Origin: an uncultured bacterium | GTDB taxonomy: Bacteria > Hydrothermota > Tepidihabitantia > Tepidihabitantales > Tepidihabitantaceae | Assembly: GCA_964626075.1 (NCBI GenBank) | Contig: CAZVDD010000011.1 | Location: 12,566 to 76,565 of the forward strand | Direction: 5' to 3' | DNA: 64,000 nucleotides | Part shown: positions 37,729 to 47,217 of the stretch, piece by piece | How positions within the stretch are numbered: the stretch's first letter is position 1 | How the letters are laid out: every line of letters begins with the position of its first letter | Translations under genes and position numbers: made by a program | Notes under the pieces: generated by a model | What the model was told of the DNA's origin: nothing | The model's database searches: none | What the model saw: the letters and a program-made list of their open reading frames with translations, nothing else

Positions 37729-38709
37729 ATGAGACCGTTTTTACTCGGGATGTTAAGTTTAATGTTTTTTTGTTGCAATTCGCGCCCGGTTTATCAGGTT
37801 GATGAGACCGAAATTGGTTTTGGTAGTTATATCCGGATTTGTGCCCGAGGCAAGACAAAAGAAGGGACTTATAATGCGGTGCGTAAGGCTTTTGGGGAGA
37901 TGCATCGGCTGGACACGTTGTGGTCGAGATTTCTGGATAAGAGCGAAGTGGCACAGTTGAACCGGTTAAGGAAGATGCGGGTTTCGGAGGAGACTCGTAA
38001 TCTGATTGATAAAGGAAAAGCGATAGGCGAAGAGACGGCAGGTGCATTTGACATCACCGTGGAGCCGTTGATGCGATTATGGGGGTTTTATGACCGGGAT
38101 TACCGTGTGCCCGAAAGCGCCGAGGTTAAAGCAATGTTAAAGCGGGTTGATTATCGTCAGGTAGTGGTATCCGGCGACAGTATAATTCTTGGTGAAAACG
38201 TCAATGTTGACTTTGGTGGCATTGCGGTTGGTTGTGCGGTTGACCGGGCGGTAGCAATTTTGGAGTCGGCGGGTTTGAGCGAAGGACTGGTTGATGCAGG
38301 CGGTGACATTCGGGTGTTTGGGAATAAGGTGTGGCGGATTGGGGTGCAGAATCCGCGGGGGGGAGGGATTGTAAGGGTGCTGAAGTTGAAAAATCAAGCG
38401 GTTTCAACCTCGGGCGATTATGAGAATTTTTTTGAAGTTGGCGACCAGCGCTACTGCCACATAATTGACCCGAAAACTGGTTATCCGGTTTCACGCTGGG
38501 TTGCAGTAACGGTCCTAGCACCGAATGCTTGGGAAGCGGATGCCTTTTCCACGGCGCTGTTTAGTTTGGGCGACGCCGGTAGAGAGTTTGTAGGTAAAAA
38601 GCAGGCTAACATTCAAGACAGGGGCGAGGCCGCAAAATGGGGAGCACTTTTTTTTGAGGTACAGAGTGAATCCGTGGTTACAAAAAAGGCTGGGAGGGTA
38701 GATGAATAA
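37729..38709 (+). CDS. apbE: ApbE-family FAD:protein FMN transferase lipoprotein
   Basis: It has a lipoprotein signal (MRPFLLGMLSLMFFCCNS). Conserved ApbE regions include GGIAVGCAVDRA and TSGDYE. The track ORF begins earlier, at a GTG at 37708. Confidence 0.8.
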   Translation: MRPFLLGMLSLMFFCCNSRPVYQVDETEIGFGSYIRICARGKTKEGTYNAVRKAFGEMHRLDTLWSRFLDKSEVAQLNRLRKMRVSEETRNLIDKGKAIGEETAGAFDITVEPLMRLWGFYDRDYRVPESAEVKAMLKRVDYRQVVVSGDSIILGENVNVDFGGIAVGCAVDRAVAILESAGLSEGLVDAGGDIRVFGNKVWRIGVQNPRGGGIVRVLKLKNQAVSTSGDYENFFEVGDQRYCHIIDPKTGYPVSRWVAVTVLAPNAWEADAFSTALFSLGDAGREFVGKKQANIQDRGEAAKWGALFFEVQSESVVTKKAGRVDE

Positions 38710-39688
38710 AGAGGCGCGTTACTACACGGTTGAAGGTGAAAGGGTGCGTTGTCTTTTGTGTCCGAATCGGTGTCTTGTTGCATCAGGGAAGTTGGGACGG
38801 TGTCTTGGTAGAAAGAATATCAATGGTAAATTCTTTGCCATCAATTACGGTGAATTGGTATCGATGGCGGTTGACCCGATTGAAAAAAAGCCCCTTTACC
38901 ACTTTTATCCCGGAGCAGAGATTTTTTCCGTCGCAACCTATGGTTGCAATCTGCAGTGTCCGTTCTGCCAGAACTGGGAAATATCCCAGGAGGTAGCGCC
39001 CAGTCGATATGTTAATCCTGAAGAGTTGTTAAGAATGGTTGTGGAGTCAGGTTGCCGGTTCATCGCCTGGACCTATTCGGAACCGGTCATCTGGTTTGAG
39101 TATTTGCTGGATGCCGGGGAGTTGATGCATAAGGCGGGAATTAAGAATGTGTTGGTTACAAACGGGATGATTAATCCCGAACCCCTGGATGAACTTTTAG
39201 CGATAGTTGACGCGATGAATATTGATTTGAAATCTATCCGAAAGGAATTTTATCGGGATTATATCCATGGCGACCTTGAGACCGTTTTAAATACAATCAG
39301 AACTGCTCGAACGAGGTGTTTTGTGGAATTGACCACCCTTTTGATTTCGGGCAAGAACGATTCAGATGAGGAAATTTTTGAACTGACCGAATTTGTTGCC
39401 AGTCTGGGAAGGGAAACGGTTTTGCATTTTTCCCGTTTTTTTCCAAGATACCGGGCGGAGGAACCACCCACACCGGTAGAGACACTTATTCGAGCCGCCG
39501 AAATTGCCCGAAATAAACTGGACTATGTGTATTTAGGGAATATCGCATTGGATGAACGGTTCCGGGACACATTTTGTCCCGCGTGTGGTACGAAACTGGT
39601 TGACCGCAGTCAATACCGGGGCAGAGTTGTGGGAATAAAAGATGACAAATGTCAGCGCTGTGGAAGGAAGGTGGACATAGTTTTGTGA
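38702..39688 (+). CDS. Radical SAM enzyme of the AmmeMemoRadiSam (AmrS) / PFL-activase-like family
   Basis: It has an N-terminal Cys cluster (CLLCPNRC...C), the radical SAM motif CNLQCPFC and a C-terminal Cys pair (CPACG...CQRCG). It overlaps apbE by 8 nt. Confidence 0.7.
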   Translation: MNKEARYYTVEGERVRCLLCPNRCLVASGKLGRCLGRKNINGKFFAINYGELVSMAVDPIEKKPLYHFYPGAEIFSVATYGCNLQCPFCQNWEISQEVAPSRYVNPEELLRMVVESGCRFIAWTYSEPVIWFEYLLDAGELMHKAGIKNVLVTNGMINPEPLDELLAIVDAMNIDLKSIRKEFYRDYIHGDLETVLNTIRTARTRCFVELTTLLISGKNDSDEEIFELTEFVASLGRETVLHFSRFFPRYRAEEPPTPVETLIRAAEIARNKLDYVYLGNIALDERFRDTFCPACGTKLVDRSQYRGRVVGIKDDKCQRCGRKVDIVL

Positions 39689-40047
39689 AAATAGTTAAGG
39701 TGGGAGATTTAATTCTGATTGCATTTTTCCTTGTCTTGGGGGCGGGGAGTGGTGTTTTATTCTGGAACAGGGCGGAGACTGCTAATGTTTGTGTGATTAA
39801 GTCAATCGAAGGAGTACAAAGGATTGTCTTGCCAGCGGATACTGTTGTCACCCTTATAGGTCCGGTAGGGAAAACGGTCGTTGAGGTTAAAGGTAAACGG
39901 GTTCGGGTGCGGGAGTCAGACTGTCTAAATAAAATCTGTGTTCGCACCGGCTGGATTAGCATTTCCGGACAGATGAGCGTGTGTGCACCGAATCGGGTAA
40001 TAGTTCAAGTCACGCAGGGCGATGGGGTTGATGGTATTACAAGATAG
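39684..40047 (+). CDS. NusG domain II-like (DUF1312-type) small membrane-anchored protein
   Basis: About 120 aa from a GTG that overlaps the radical-SAM stop as GTGA. It has an N-terminal TM helix and a beta-rich domain resembling NusG_II proteins found with ApbE/Gx transporters. This was not verified. Confidence 0.45.
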
Positions 40048-40534
40048 AATAAGGCGGATAGCGATTTATGGGGCACTCGCGGTAGGACTGTACACCGTGG
40101 AGAACTTGCTACCAACGCCGCTGCCGTGGTTGCGTATTGGGGTGGCAAATGTTGCGGTGGTGTTGGCGCTAACAGATCTGGGATTAACCGCGGCGGCTTT
40201 AGTTTTTCTGGCAAAGTTAATTCTGGGTTCAATCATCACCGGCCGGTTTCTGACCCCCTTCTTCTTTTTCGGTGCGGTTGGGGGTGTTATTGCACTCGGG
40301 GCAATGTTACTTGTCTGGGTTTTGGGTCGGAAGGTGGTAAGTGTTGTAGGGATAAGTGTCGCGGGTGGTGTTTTTCATAATATCGGTCAACTTCTGGTTG
40401 CCCGCTTTGCACTGATACAGAGTCCGGCGCTCTGGCGGCTTTTACCGGTGTTTATCATCATAGGGGTTGGAACCGGTACCGGTATCGGCATTGTTGCCCG
40501 CTTGATTCAGTTAAGGATAAAGGAATATGCTTGA
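40022..40534 (+). CDS. Gx transporter family protein (heptaprenyl-diphosphate-synthase component I-like membrane protein)
   Basis: 170 aa with 4-5 TM helices. It has a conserved Glu/Asn in ENLLPTPLPWLRIGVANV near the N-terminus, as in PF07456-type proteins. Confidence 0.55.
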   Translation: MGLMVLQDRIRRIAIYGALAVGLYTVENLLPTPLPWLRIGVANVAVVLALTDLGLTAAALVFLAKLILGSIITGRFLTPFFFFGAVGGVIALGAMLLVWVLGRKVVSVVGISVAGGVFHNIGQLLVARFALIQSPALWRLLPVFIIIGVGTGTGIGIVARLIQLRIKEYA

Positions 40535-40592
40535 TTAACGATAATGGGATGTTATAGTTTTCAATCGGGAGTGAATCAGAAGGAGTTAAATT

Positions 40593-40874
40593 ATGAAGAG
40601 TAGAGGAGTGCGTTCGGGTGGCAGGTCAATTGGGCTGTTAATTCTGGCAATTGTCGTGGCGGGAATTGCCGGCAGTATACTTTCTTATTTTCTATCCGGA
40701 CTGTTTCCGCCGGGTCCGGTCCGTGATTTCTTTTTCAAATCAATGCAGATTGGAGTGCCGACATTCACATTAAATCTTGGGTTTGCAACTTTAACTTTTG
40801 GACTTTCATTTGCGGTAACTACGTTTGCGGTGCTCTTGTTGATTCTGGCGGTCTATCTCTGGTATCGGTTTTAG
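40593..40874 (+). CDS. Small two-TM membrane protein (DUF4321-like), the last gene of the cluster
   Basis: 93 aa and hydrophobic. It has an RBS GGAG upstream and is followed by a strong terminator. Confidence 0.4.
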   Translation: MKSRGVRSGGRSIGLLILAIVVAGIAGSILSYFLSGLFPPGPVRDFFFKSMQIGVPTFTLNLGFATLTFGLSFAVTTFAVLLLILAVYLWYRF

Positions 40875-40906
40875 TCATTAAACATTAAATTTGGCTGATA
40901 AAAAAA

Positions 40907-40933
40907 TCGGGGGCGGTTTTACCGCCCCCGATT
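40907..40933. terminator. Intrinsic terminator hairpin between convergent genes, with the U-tract on the minus-strand side
   Basis: ATCGGGGGCGG-TTTTA-CCGCCCCCGAT forms a perfect 11-bp GC-rich stem. The plus strand has AAAAAAA 5' of it, giving a U-run for the minus-strand transcript of the 1335-aa gene. It may also stop the plus-strand cluster. Confidence 0.7.
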
Positions 40934-40950
40934 CAGTGTTAACCAGTTTT

Positions 40951-43900
40951 TCAACGCTGGACGATAAGTTTCCGAGAGTATACCTTATTGCCGGTTTCCA
41001 ATTTCAGGAAATAGACACCAGGTGGGGCATAGGTTCCTTTGTCAGTTATCAGATTCCAGGTGAATTTGTGCCTACCGGCGGGCAGGGTGCTGTTGAGAAT
41101 GTTTTTGGTTTGGGCGCCGGTCGCATCGTAGATGGTAAGCCGGATGTGCTGGGATGTTGGTAGGTTGCACAGGATAGTGAGACTGTTTTTGCCGATTGGG
41201 TTGGGGAAAAGAGCCAATTCAGGTGCCGATGGCAATGGCACATTTTCTGCCATTACTCCCTGACGCTCAGGAGTGGTGAAGAACAGTGGCAGATTGCCTA
41301 AGGAGTCAGTTTCAGGGCGGTACTCCCAGAATTCATACACATAGGAGCCTTTGAGGCAGAAGATGGCACTGTTAGTGGCGGCAAGGGCGGCACCACGTTT
41401 GACTTTGGTGCGTTTGCCGGTTAGCGCAATTGGAATGTCAGAGCGCCGGACCCAGGAGTCGCGTACTCCGACTGGATAAGACCAGAACTCCTGGGTGTTA
41501 CCACCTTTGAGTACGTAGAGGTTGGAGTTTAGATAAGTTATCGCACCCCCTGCTTTAACCCTGCGGTTTCGATTACCAATTAGACTGACTTGGTCAAGGG
41601 GTGTAAGATACCAGGAGTCGAACGCGGGATAGTATTTCCAGACTTCGGTGGTATTGTTACCTTTGAGGAGGTAGATGATGCTATCTCCGTCATACACCAT
41701 ATCGGTGCCGTAACGGCAGGAACGACGACGGATTGGGATAAAAGGTACATCCGGACAGCGCGCCCAGGTGTCCGCACCGATATCATAGCGGACAAAGGTA
41801 AGTGAGTTGTTGCCGGTTGCGCAGTAAACCGCACCTTCAGGACCATGGGTCGGGACATAGGCGAGAGCGGCGCCGATTTTGGGCCAACGGAAGGTAAATC
41901 CGCGCACGCTGACCGACCGCCTGATTTGCCAGGTTCGGCTGGCGATGTCAAACGAGTAGAAATCAGGCACACCGCCCCCTTTGATTGCCCATATGGTGCC
42001 TTGCGTACCGGTGAACTGGTCATAAGTAAGGTCGCAGCCTTCTTTCGCCTTTTTGCCCGACGGGTCCAGTGGCATACTTGGTAGTGATTCCCAGGTGCCG
42101 GTAGCGATGTCATAAGAGTAGAATTCGTTTGTGTTCCCGCCTTTGAGCGCATAAAGTTTATTTGTTGCCGGGGCATAGACGAGGGAGGCGTTTTTCACTT
42201 TGCGGCGGGCAGGACCAATCGGAATGTCTTCACGCTGCACCCAGGAAGAAGAGACAAAGACTTTGCTGAAAATGTCGTTAGCCGGGTTGATATCTCCAGC
42301 CATTGCGGTTGAACATACCGCCGAGAATGTGCCTCGACCATACCAGGTGCTTGGCATCGTTACGGTTGTCTCGGCACCGGGTGCCAGTCCAGTTACAAGG
42401 ACAGAGTCGAAATAATCGCCCGGCATTATTCTCAGATAAGCCCAGATAGAATCACCCACGGTGCCGTAGTTCTGGATTTTGACCTGAGGGAAAAGCGTCT
42501 CTGGGAATGTGTAAGTAGCGGGCGTCACTATATCAAGTGCCGCGGCGTCCCGGAACTCATGGTACAATTTTATCGCCCGACCTGATGTTAATCGGTTCTG
42601 GGGGTCGTTGGTTGCTGCGGAGAGAGGGGACAGGGAGTAAAGGTAGTTGACACCGCCATTACCTTCTTTGTTTTCCATGCCAATTGATGTGTTTTTGCCG
42701 TAGTCGTAGTTCAAGTCACCGGTGGTTACATCCTGATACTGAAAGACCACGGTGCCGTTTTCATTGAGGATGGCTTCAAAGGTAACGAGGTCAGTGGTGT
42801 CGGTGTACTTCAGGTTGACATTCTGCCAGATGACGACGAACTGTCTATTAGGTGACTGGCCGATTGTTTTGTAGTAAACCTTTCCGGCAGAACGGAGTTC
42901 ATGGTCAGCCCACCAGGGTGCAATCAGGGCGTTTGGTAGGTTGGAGTTCGGGATGCGTTGCGGGTTGGGCGCAAATTCGTGAGGGTCGTAACCGAGCGCA
43001 AGCCAGCCGTTGGTGCATACATAACAGTTATTGTAGGTTGTATCGGAGTAGGGGAAGTCAAAACCGATGGGTACGAAAATGCGGTATTCGTCCTCCCGCT
43101 GGATGGCGATGTTCGCACCGCTGGTGTCAATCCAGGAGTAAACCGGACCGCCGGTAGTATCGGAGTCAATCCAGGCGTAACCTGTGGCGACCCTGCCCGT
43201 ATAAGCCCCCTTGACAAGGTCAAACCCGAACCGTTTCTCGTCGTTCTGCGGTACCTCATCACCAACCGGCGCACCGCTCCAGTCAAAATAGACGATGACC
43301 GAACAGGGCTGGGAGGCAATTGTTGGGACCCAGCCGTTGAAGTCGACCGCAATTTTGTCACCCGGCCCAAGCGCGGCAATGGTGGCAGAGCCCGTGAAGA
43401 GCGGATTGTGGGTTATATCGATAACCGAACAGCGTACCGGGATGTTGTATAAACTTTCCATGCCAAAGTTTTCAATATGGGCACGAATCGGGCAGGGCGC
43501 ATCAAAAGGACGCTGGATAAATTCATAGAGCGGTTGTTCAATAAATGTCACCCGGGCGTCGTGATTTGAAGGGGTAAGCGGGTTATGATTGACAATGACC
43601 CGGAGCATCAGGTCACCAGGTGGGGTTTCTGGGAGCATTGTTCCGTCCCGGTAGTAAGTCCAATAGTTGTTGGGGTTATTGAGGTTGCCATCGTTGGCGA
43701 GTTGCGGGCATTCAGGCGGTTCTCCAACCTGGAGGTAGAAAACATAGAAGTCGCCGACAACCGGTATCTGTTCGCCGGTGTCAGCAACGAAGACCGAGTT
43801 CCAGCCCGCGCCAGGTGCTGCGTAAAGAACCGGGGTCTTAAATAGGAATGGTCCGGGGATTCCGGTGCCAAGGTCAGGAGCGATGGCAAGTTGGTATCGC

Positions 43901-44958
43901 GAATGTGCCGGGTTAACTGGCGAGTTAAGATAAACCTTGAGCGACTCTATAAAAACCGGGTTGGAGATAGAAAATTTGGCGCCCCAGCCGTAATGGCCTA
44001 CGGGCCAGGTGCGATAACCCGCAGGAGTGCCGTTGTCATTGGCAATCTCTTCAAGGTTTGAGACCACAAAGTTGCGGGTCAGGGTGTCGTTAGCGCGGTT
44101 GTAGTCGGAGTCCGCCGCGCACCAGAACTTAATTGAGTAGTGACCGACGGTCAACGGGAAGGAGGTAGAGTCAAAAAACGACACCTTCTCGCCGGTGAGA
44201 GCAAGGAGGGTATCAATTGTGTCCTGCCACAGGTAGAGAGAGTTGCCAAGGCTGTCAAAAAGTTCGCAATAGACCGGAATAGCGTACTGGTCCTGTAAAC
44301 CGATGTTGCGAAAGCGGGCTTGAGGATAAAGGTTACCCGGAAGTTCAAAGTAGTCGGGTTCTAAAATACGCTGGCACCGGATGTCGTAAGTAAGGATTGA
44401 GTCACCGGTAACGACGACATCGTCAAACATCCACCAGTTGATGTTGAACAAATCGCCCTGAAAAACCCAGGCGATGACAACACTATCGCGCCTTGTTGCC
44501 GAAGGCAGTTCAAAAGATTCGAGAACACCGGGCCCGACATTTTGTTCGTAATAGTCCCTAAGAACATAAGGAAATGTTTGACCACCATCAATTGAGTAAC
44601 GGATCTGAGCGGTATAGGAGTTAGAAATTCGGTGGGAGAAGTAGGTGCTGCAGGTGAGTACAATATTACGATAGGTGGCGCAGTTGATGACCGGAGAGAT
44701 GAGCATATCCGGGGTTTGGTTCTGGTTCATTTGCCAGAAGATTGCCGGATATGGTGAAGGATGGTCGGTCCAGGGTGCGGCGTTTGCCGGTTCCCGGTGC
44801 CAATCGGCATAATTCTGGGGGTTTAAACTGTCGTAAATAACCTTCCAGCCCGGGGGCGGGTTTTGGGGTGTCCAGGGAGCATCAAAGTTTTCGACAAGAA
44901 GGGTGTCGGCAAACCCCAGTGTCAAGAGCACAATTAAACCGACAACCAGATTTCTCAT
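40951..44958 (-). CDS. Giant secreted protein (about 1335 aa) with Kelch-type beta-propeller repeats and a T9SS C-terminal sorting domain
   Basis: It has a signal peptide. Kelch-like repeats are repeated (LYALKGGNTNEFYSYDIATGTWESLPSMP, IWAIKGGGVPDFYSFDIASRTWQ, LYVLKGGNTQEFWSYP, IFCLKGSYVYEFWEYRPETDS). The C-terminus ...RLTIYDATGAQTKNILNSTLPAGRHKFTWN...GVYFLKLETGNKVYSRKLIVQR matches a T9SS CTD. An AAGGAGG RBS favours the second ATG. Confidence 0.8.
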   Translation of the reverse strand: MRNLVVGLIVLLTLGFADTLLVENFDAPWTPQNPPPGWKVIYDSLNPQNYADWHREPANAAPWTDHPSPYPAIFWQMNQNQTPDMLISPVINCATYRNIVLTCSTYFSHRISNSYTAQIRYSIDGGQTFPYVLRDYYEQNVGPGVLESFELPSATRRDSVVIAWVFQGDLFNINWWMFDDVVVTGDSILTYDIRCQRILEPDYFELPGNLYPQARFRNIGLQDQYAIPVYCELFDSLGNSLYLWQDTIDTLLALTGEKVSFFDSTSFPLTVGHYSIKFWCAADSDYNRANDTLTRNFVVSNLEEIANDNGTPAGYRTWPVGHYGWGAKFSISNPVFIESLKVYLNSPVNPAHSRYQLAIAPDLGTGIPGPFLFKTPVLYAAPGAGWNSVFVADTGEQIPVVGDFYVFYLQVGEPPECPQLANDGNLNNPNNYWTYYRDGTMLPETPPGDLMLRVIVNHNPLTPSNHDARVTFIEQPLYEFIQRPFDAPCPIRAHIENFGMESLYNIPVRCSVIDITHNPLFTGSATIAALGPGDKIAVDFNGWVPTIASQPCSVIVYFDWSGAPVGDEVPQNDEKRFGFDLVKGAYTGRVATGYAWIDSDTTGGPVYSWIDTSGANIAIQREDEYRIFVPIGFDFPYSDTTYNNCYVCTNGWLALGYDPHEFAPNPQRIPNSNLPNALIAPWWADHELRSAGKVYYKTIGQSPNRQFVVIWQNVNLKYTDTTDLVTFEAILNENGTVVFQYQDVTTGDLNYDYGKNTSIGMENKEGNGGVNYLYSLSPLSAATNDPQNRLTSGRAIKLYHEFRDAAALDIVTPATYTFPETLFPQVKIQNYGTVGDSIWAYLRIMPGDYFDSVLVTGLAPGAETTVTMPSTWYGRGTFSAVCSTAMAGDINPANDIFSKVFVSSSWVQREDIPIGPARRKVKNASLVYAPATNKLYALKGGNTNEFYSYDIATGTWESLPSMPLDPSGKKAKEGCDLTYDQFTGTQGTIWAIKGGGVPDFYSFDIASRTWQIRRSVSVRGFTFRWPKIGAALAYVPTHGPEGAVYCATGNNSLTFVRYDIGADTWARCPDVPFIPIRRRSCRYGTDMVYDGDSIIYLLKGNNTTEVWKYYPAFDSWYLTPLDQVSLIGNRNRRVKAGGAITYLNSNLYVLKGGNTQEFWSYPVGVRDSWVRRSDIPIALTGKRTKVKRGAALAATNSAIFCLKGSYVYEFWEYRPETDSLGNLPLFFTTPERQGVMAENVPLPSAPELALFPNPIGKNSLTILCNLPTSQHIRLTIYDATGAQTKNILNSTLPAGRHKFTWNLITDKGTYAPPGVYFLKLETGNKVYSRKLIVQR

Positions 44959-45066
44959 CATTGCCTCCTTTTAATTGCCTGCGTTTGGTCTCATTAATTA
45001 AAAATGTAACCCGGGGTTGAGTATTTAGATTAGTCTCAGCCCCAGCCGCTATCAGCAGCCAGTTTG

Positions 45067-45095
45067 ATTATAGAAGGATAATAGTTTCCTGTCAA
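45067..45095 (-). promoter_or_regulatory. Consensus sigma70 promoter (TTGACA, 17-nt spacer, TATAAT) driving the giant T9SS cargo gene
   Basis: The minus strand reads cTTGACAggaaactattatccttcTATAATc. It lies about 100 nt upstream of the AAGGAGG-ATG of the 1335-aa ORF. Confidence 0.55.
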
Positions 45096-45120
45096 GTTAA
45101 ATTCGAGTTAAGCGAGGTTG

Positions 45121-45148
45121 TTGACAGCGGTTTTATGGTAAAGATAAT
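45121..45148 (+). promoter_or_regulatory. Sigma70-like promoter (TTGACA, 16-nt spacer, GATAAT) for the prfA operon
   Basis: The plus strand reads TTGACAgcggttttatggtaaaGATAATg. It is about 95 nt upstream of the prfA ATG and divergent from the previous promoter. Confidence 0.5.
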
Positions 45149-45241
45149 GAGTTGTGGCTGGAAAGTTGCAAAGTTTTAGAGTCTGTAGTCTCGTGGTTCG
45201 GTTGGGGCAATTCCTTTAGTTTTAACTGAAAGAAAGCTTTT

Positions 45242-46312
45242 ATGCCAGGTGCTTTTGAAAAGTTTAAAAAGAGGTTTGCGGTGCTTCAACAACGCAAAAT
45301 AGAGATTGAGCGGTTGCTTGTGGACCAGGAGGTAATGAAGGATGTGCCGCGGCTGCAGACGTTGACGAAGGAGCACCGGCAGTTGAGTGCAATTCTGGCG
45401 CGCTGGACTGAGTATGAAAGATTGAGGCAGGAACAGCGGGATGTTGAAGAGCTTGTTCGGACTACTCAGGATGGCGAGATGAGAGAGCTCGCTGAGGCAG
45501 AGTTGAAAAGGCTACAGGAGGCGGAGGAAAAACTGGTAACAGAGCTGGAAGAGGCGTTGCGACCGAAACCACCCGAATGGGAAAGGGGTTGTATCGTGGA
45601 GATTCGGGCGGCAGCAGGGGGCGAAGAGGCAGCGCTTTTTGCCGCGGATTTGTTCCGGATGTACTCAAGATATGCGGAACGACACAATTTGAAGGTGGAG
45701 GTGCTTTCTTCCCGACCGAGCGACCTGAAGGGGCTTAAGGAGATTGTGTTCTCGGTGGAGGGTGATTCACCTTATCGGTTCTTTCGGTTTGAGAGCGGTG
45801 TCCACCGGGTGCAAAGGGTGCCGGAAACTGAGGCGTCAGGAAGGATTCACACTTCAACGGTTACGGTAGCGGTGCTCTTAGAGCAGGAGGAGTTTGAGTT
45901 GAAAGTGAATCCGGATGAAATCAAGATGGAGACGTTTCGGGCTGGCGGGCACGGCGGACAGAATGTGAATAAGGTAAGTTCGGCGGTGCGGCTTACCCAT
46001 ATTCCGACCGGCATTACCGTCGTGTGTCAGGATGAGAGGTCGCAGGCACGGAACCGAATGAAGGCGATGAAGGTACTGTTGGCGCGGCTGGGCGATATGC
46101 GTCGTCAAGAGGAGATGGCGCGCACGACCGAAACCCGACGGAAGCAAATCGGTAGCGGTGAACGGAGTGAGAAAATTCGCACTTATAATTTTCCCCAGAA
46201 TCGGGTTACCGACCATCGCATCGGTTTTTCCCTGCACAATCTCGAAGCGGTGCTGGATGGCGAACTTGACCCGCTGTTTCAGGAACTGGAGAAGGCGGAG
46301 GCGGCGCTGTGA
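45242..46312 (+). CDS. prfA: Peptide chain release factor 1
   Basis: It has the GGQ motif ([12 protein letters not shown]) and an RF1-type tripeptide region [17 protein letters not shown] (PxT-class, here P-E-T). Its length is 356 aa. Confidence 0.9.
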   Translation: MPGAFEKFKKRFAVLQQRKIEIERLLVDQEVMKDVPRLQTLTKEHRQLSAILARWTEYERLRQEQRDVEELVRTTQDGEMRELAEAELKRLQEAEEKLVTELEEALRPKPPEWERGCIVEIRAAAGGEEAALFAADLFRMYSRYAERHNLKVEVLSSRPSDLKGLKEIVFSVEGDSPYRFFRFESGVHRVQRVPETEASGRIHTSTVTVAVLLEQEEFELKVNPDEIKMETFRAGGHGGQNVNKVSSAVRLTHIPTGITVVCQDERSQARNRMKAMKVLLARLGDMRRQEEMARTTETRRKQIGSGERSEKIRTYNFPQNRVTDHRIGFSLHNLEAVLDGELDPLFQELEKAEAAL

Positions 46313-47217
46313 GAGCTGATGGATGTTTGGAAATTGAATTGGAGCAGGATAAGGAGAAGACAACAACGGTTGCGGAGTTAAAGAGTGCGGCACGAATGAT
46401 TCGCCGGGAAGAGGCGGAGTTTCTTTTAATGGGGATGCTGGGATTAAAAAGACACCAGCTTTATTATGATAGCCGACAGATGGACACGAAGCAGGTCCAG
46501 GAGTTCTGGCACATGGTCAGAGCGGTAAAGAGGGGAACACCGGTTCAGTATCTCGTTAAGAAGGCGTATTTTCTGGACTTGGAACTGTATGTTGACGAGC
46601 GGGTGTTCATTCCCAGACCGGAAACTGAAGAACTGGTTCTTCGGGCAGCAGCGCGGGTAAAGAACCCGGAGGTGATTGTTGATTATGGCACGGGTTCCGG
46701 GTGCATCGCCATTGCGCTGGCGCGGATGTTTCCCAATGCCGAAGTCTGGGCGGTTGATGTCTCACCGCAGGCATTGGCGGTGGCAGAGATGAATGTGCGG
46801 CGCTATCGGTTAAGTGAGCGGGTGAGACTGGTTCAGACGGTGTCGCCGATCGATAGCAAACTTAATTTTATGCGGGGTCAGGTGGACCTGTTGATTTCCA
46901 ACCCGCCTTACATTCCGAGTGGGCGATTACATCGTTTATCGGTGCGGGTGCGGGATTATGAACCCCGCATCAGCCTTGACGGTGGTGCGAAAGGGGTGGA
47001 AGTGGTGAAGATGTTGATAACCAAAGGTCTCGGACAACTGGCACCGGGCGGGGTTCTGGCGCTGGAAATTGACCATACCCAGGGTGCGTTTGTGCGCCGG
47101 TTGTTACCGGGCGCGAAAGTTGAGCGCGACCTGTTCCGTAAGGTGCGTTATGTGTTTTATCGTAAAGAACGGGCGGGCGGAAAAGAGATGAGGGAGGTGA
47201 AGAATGAAGTCCGGTAA
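46309..47217 (+). CDS. prmC: Release-factor glutamine N5-methyltransferase PrmC/HemK
   Basis: It has motif [11 protein letters not shown] and the NPPY motif ([10 protein letters not shown]). It overlaps prfA by 4 nt. Confidence 0.85.
   Translation: MRADGCLEIELEQDKEKTTTVAELKSAARMIRREEAEFLLMGMLGLKRHQLYYDSRQMDTKQVQEFWHMVRAVKRGTPVQYLVKKAYFLDLELYVDERVFIPRPETEELVLRAAARVKNPEVIVDYGTGSGCIAIALARMFPNAEVWAVDVSPQALAVAEMNVRRYRLSERVRLVQTVSPIDSKLNFMRGQVDLLISNPPYIPSGRLHRLSVRVRDYEPRISLDGGAKGVEVVKMLITKGLGQLAPGGVLALEIDHTQGAFVRRLLPGAKVERDLFRKVRYVFYRKERAGGKEMREVKNEVR

Noticed and set aside
41580-44663. Numerous 60-200-aa ORFs on both strands inside the 1335-aa gene
   Set aside because: They are alternate-frame ORFs within one continuous 4-kb reading frame that has a signal peptide, repeats and a T9SS CTD.
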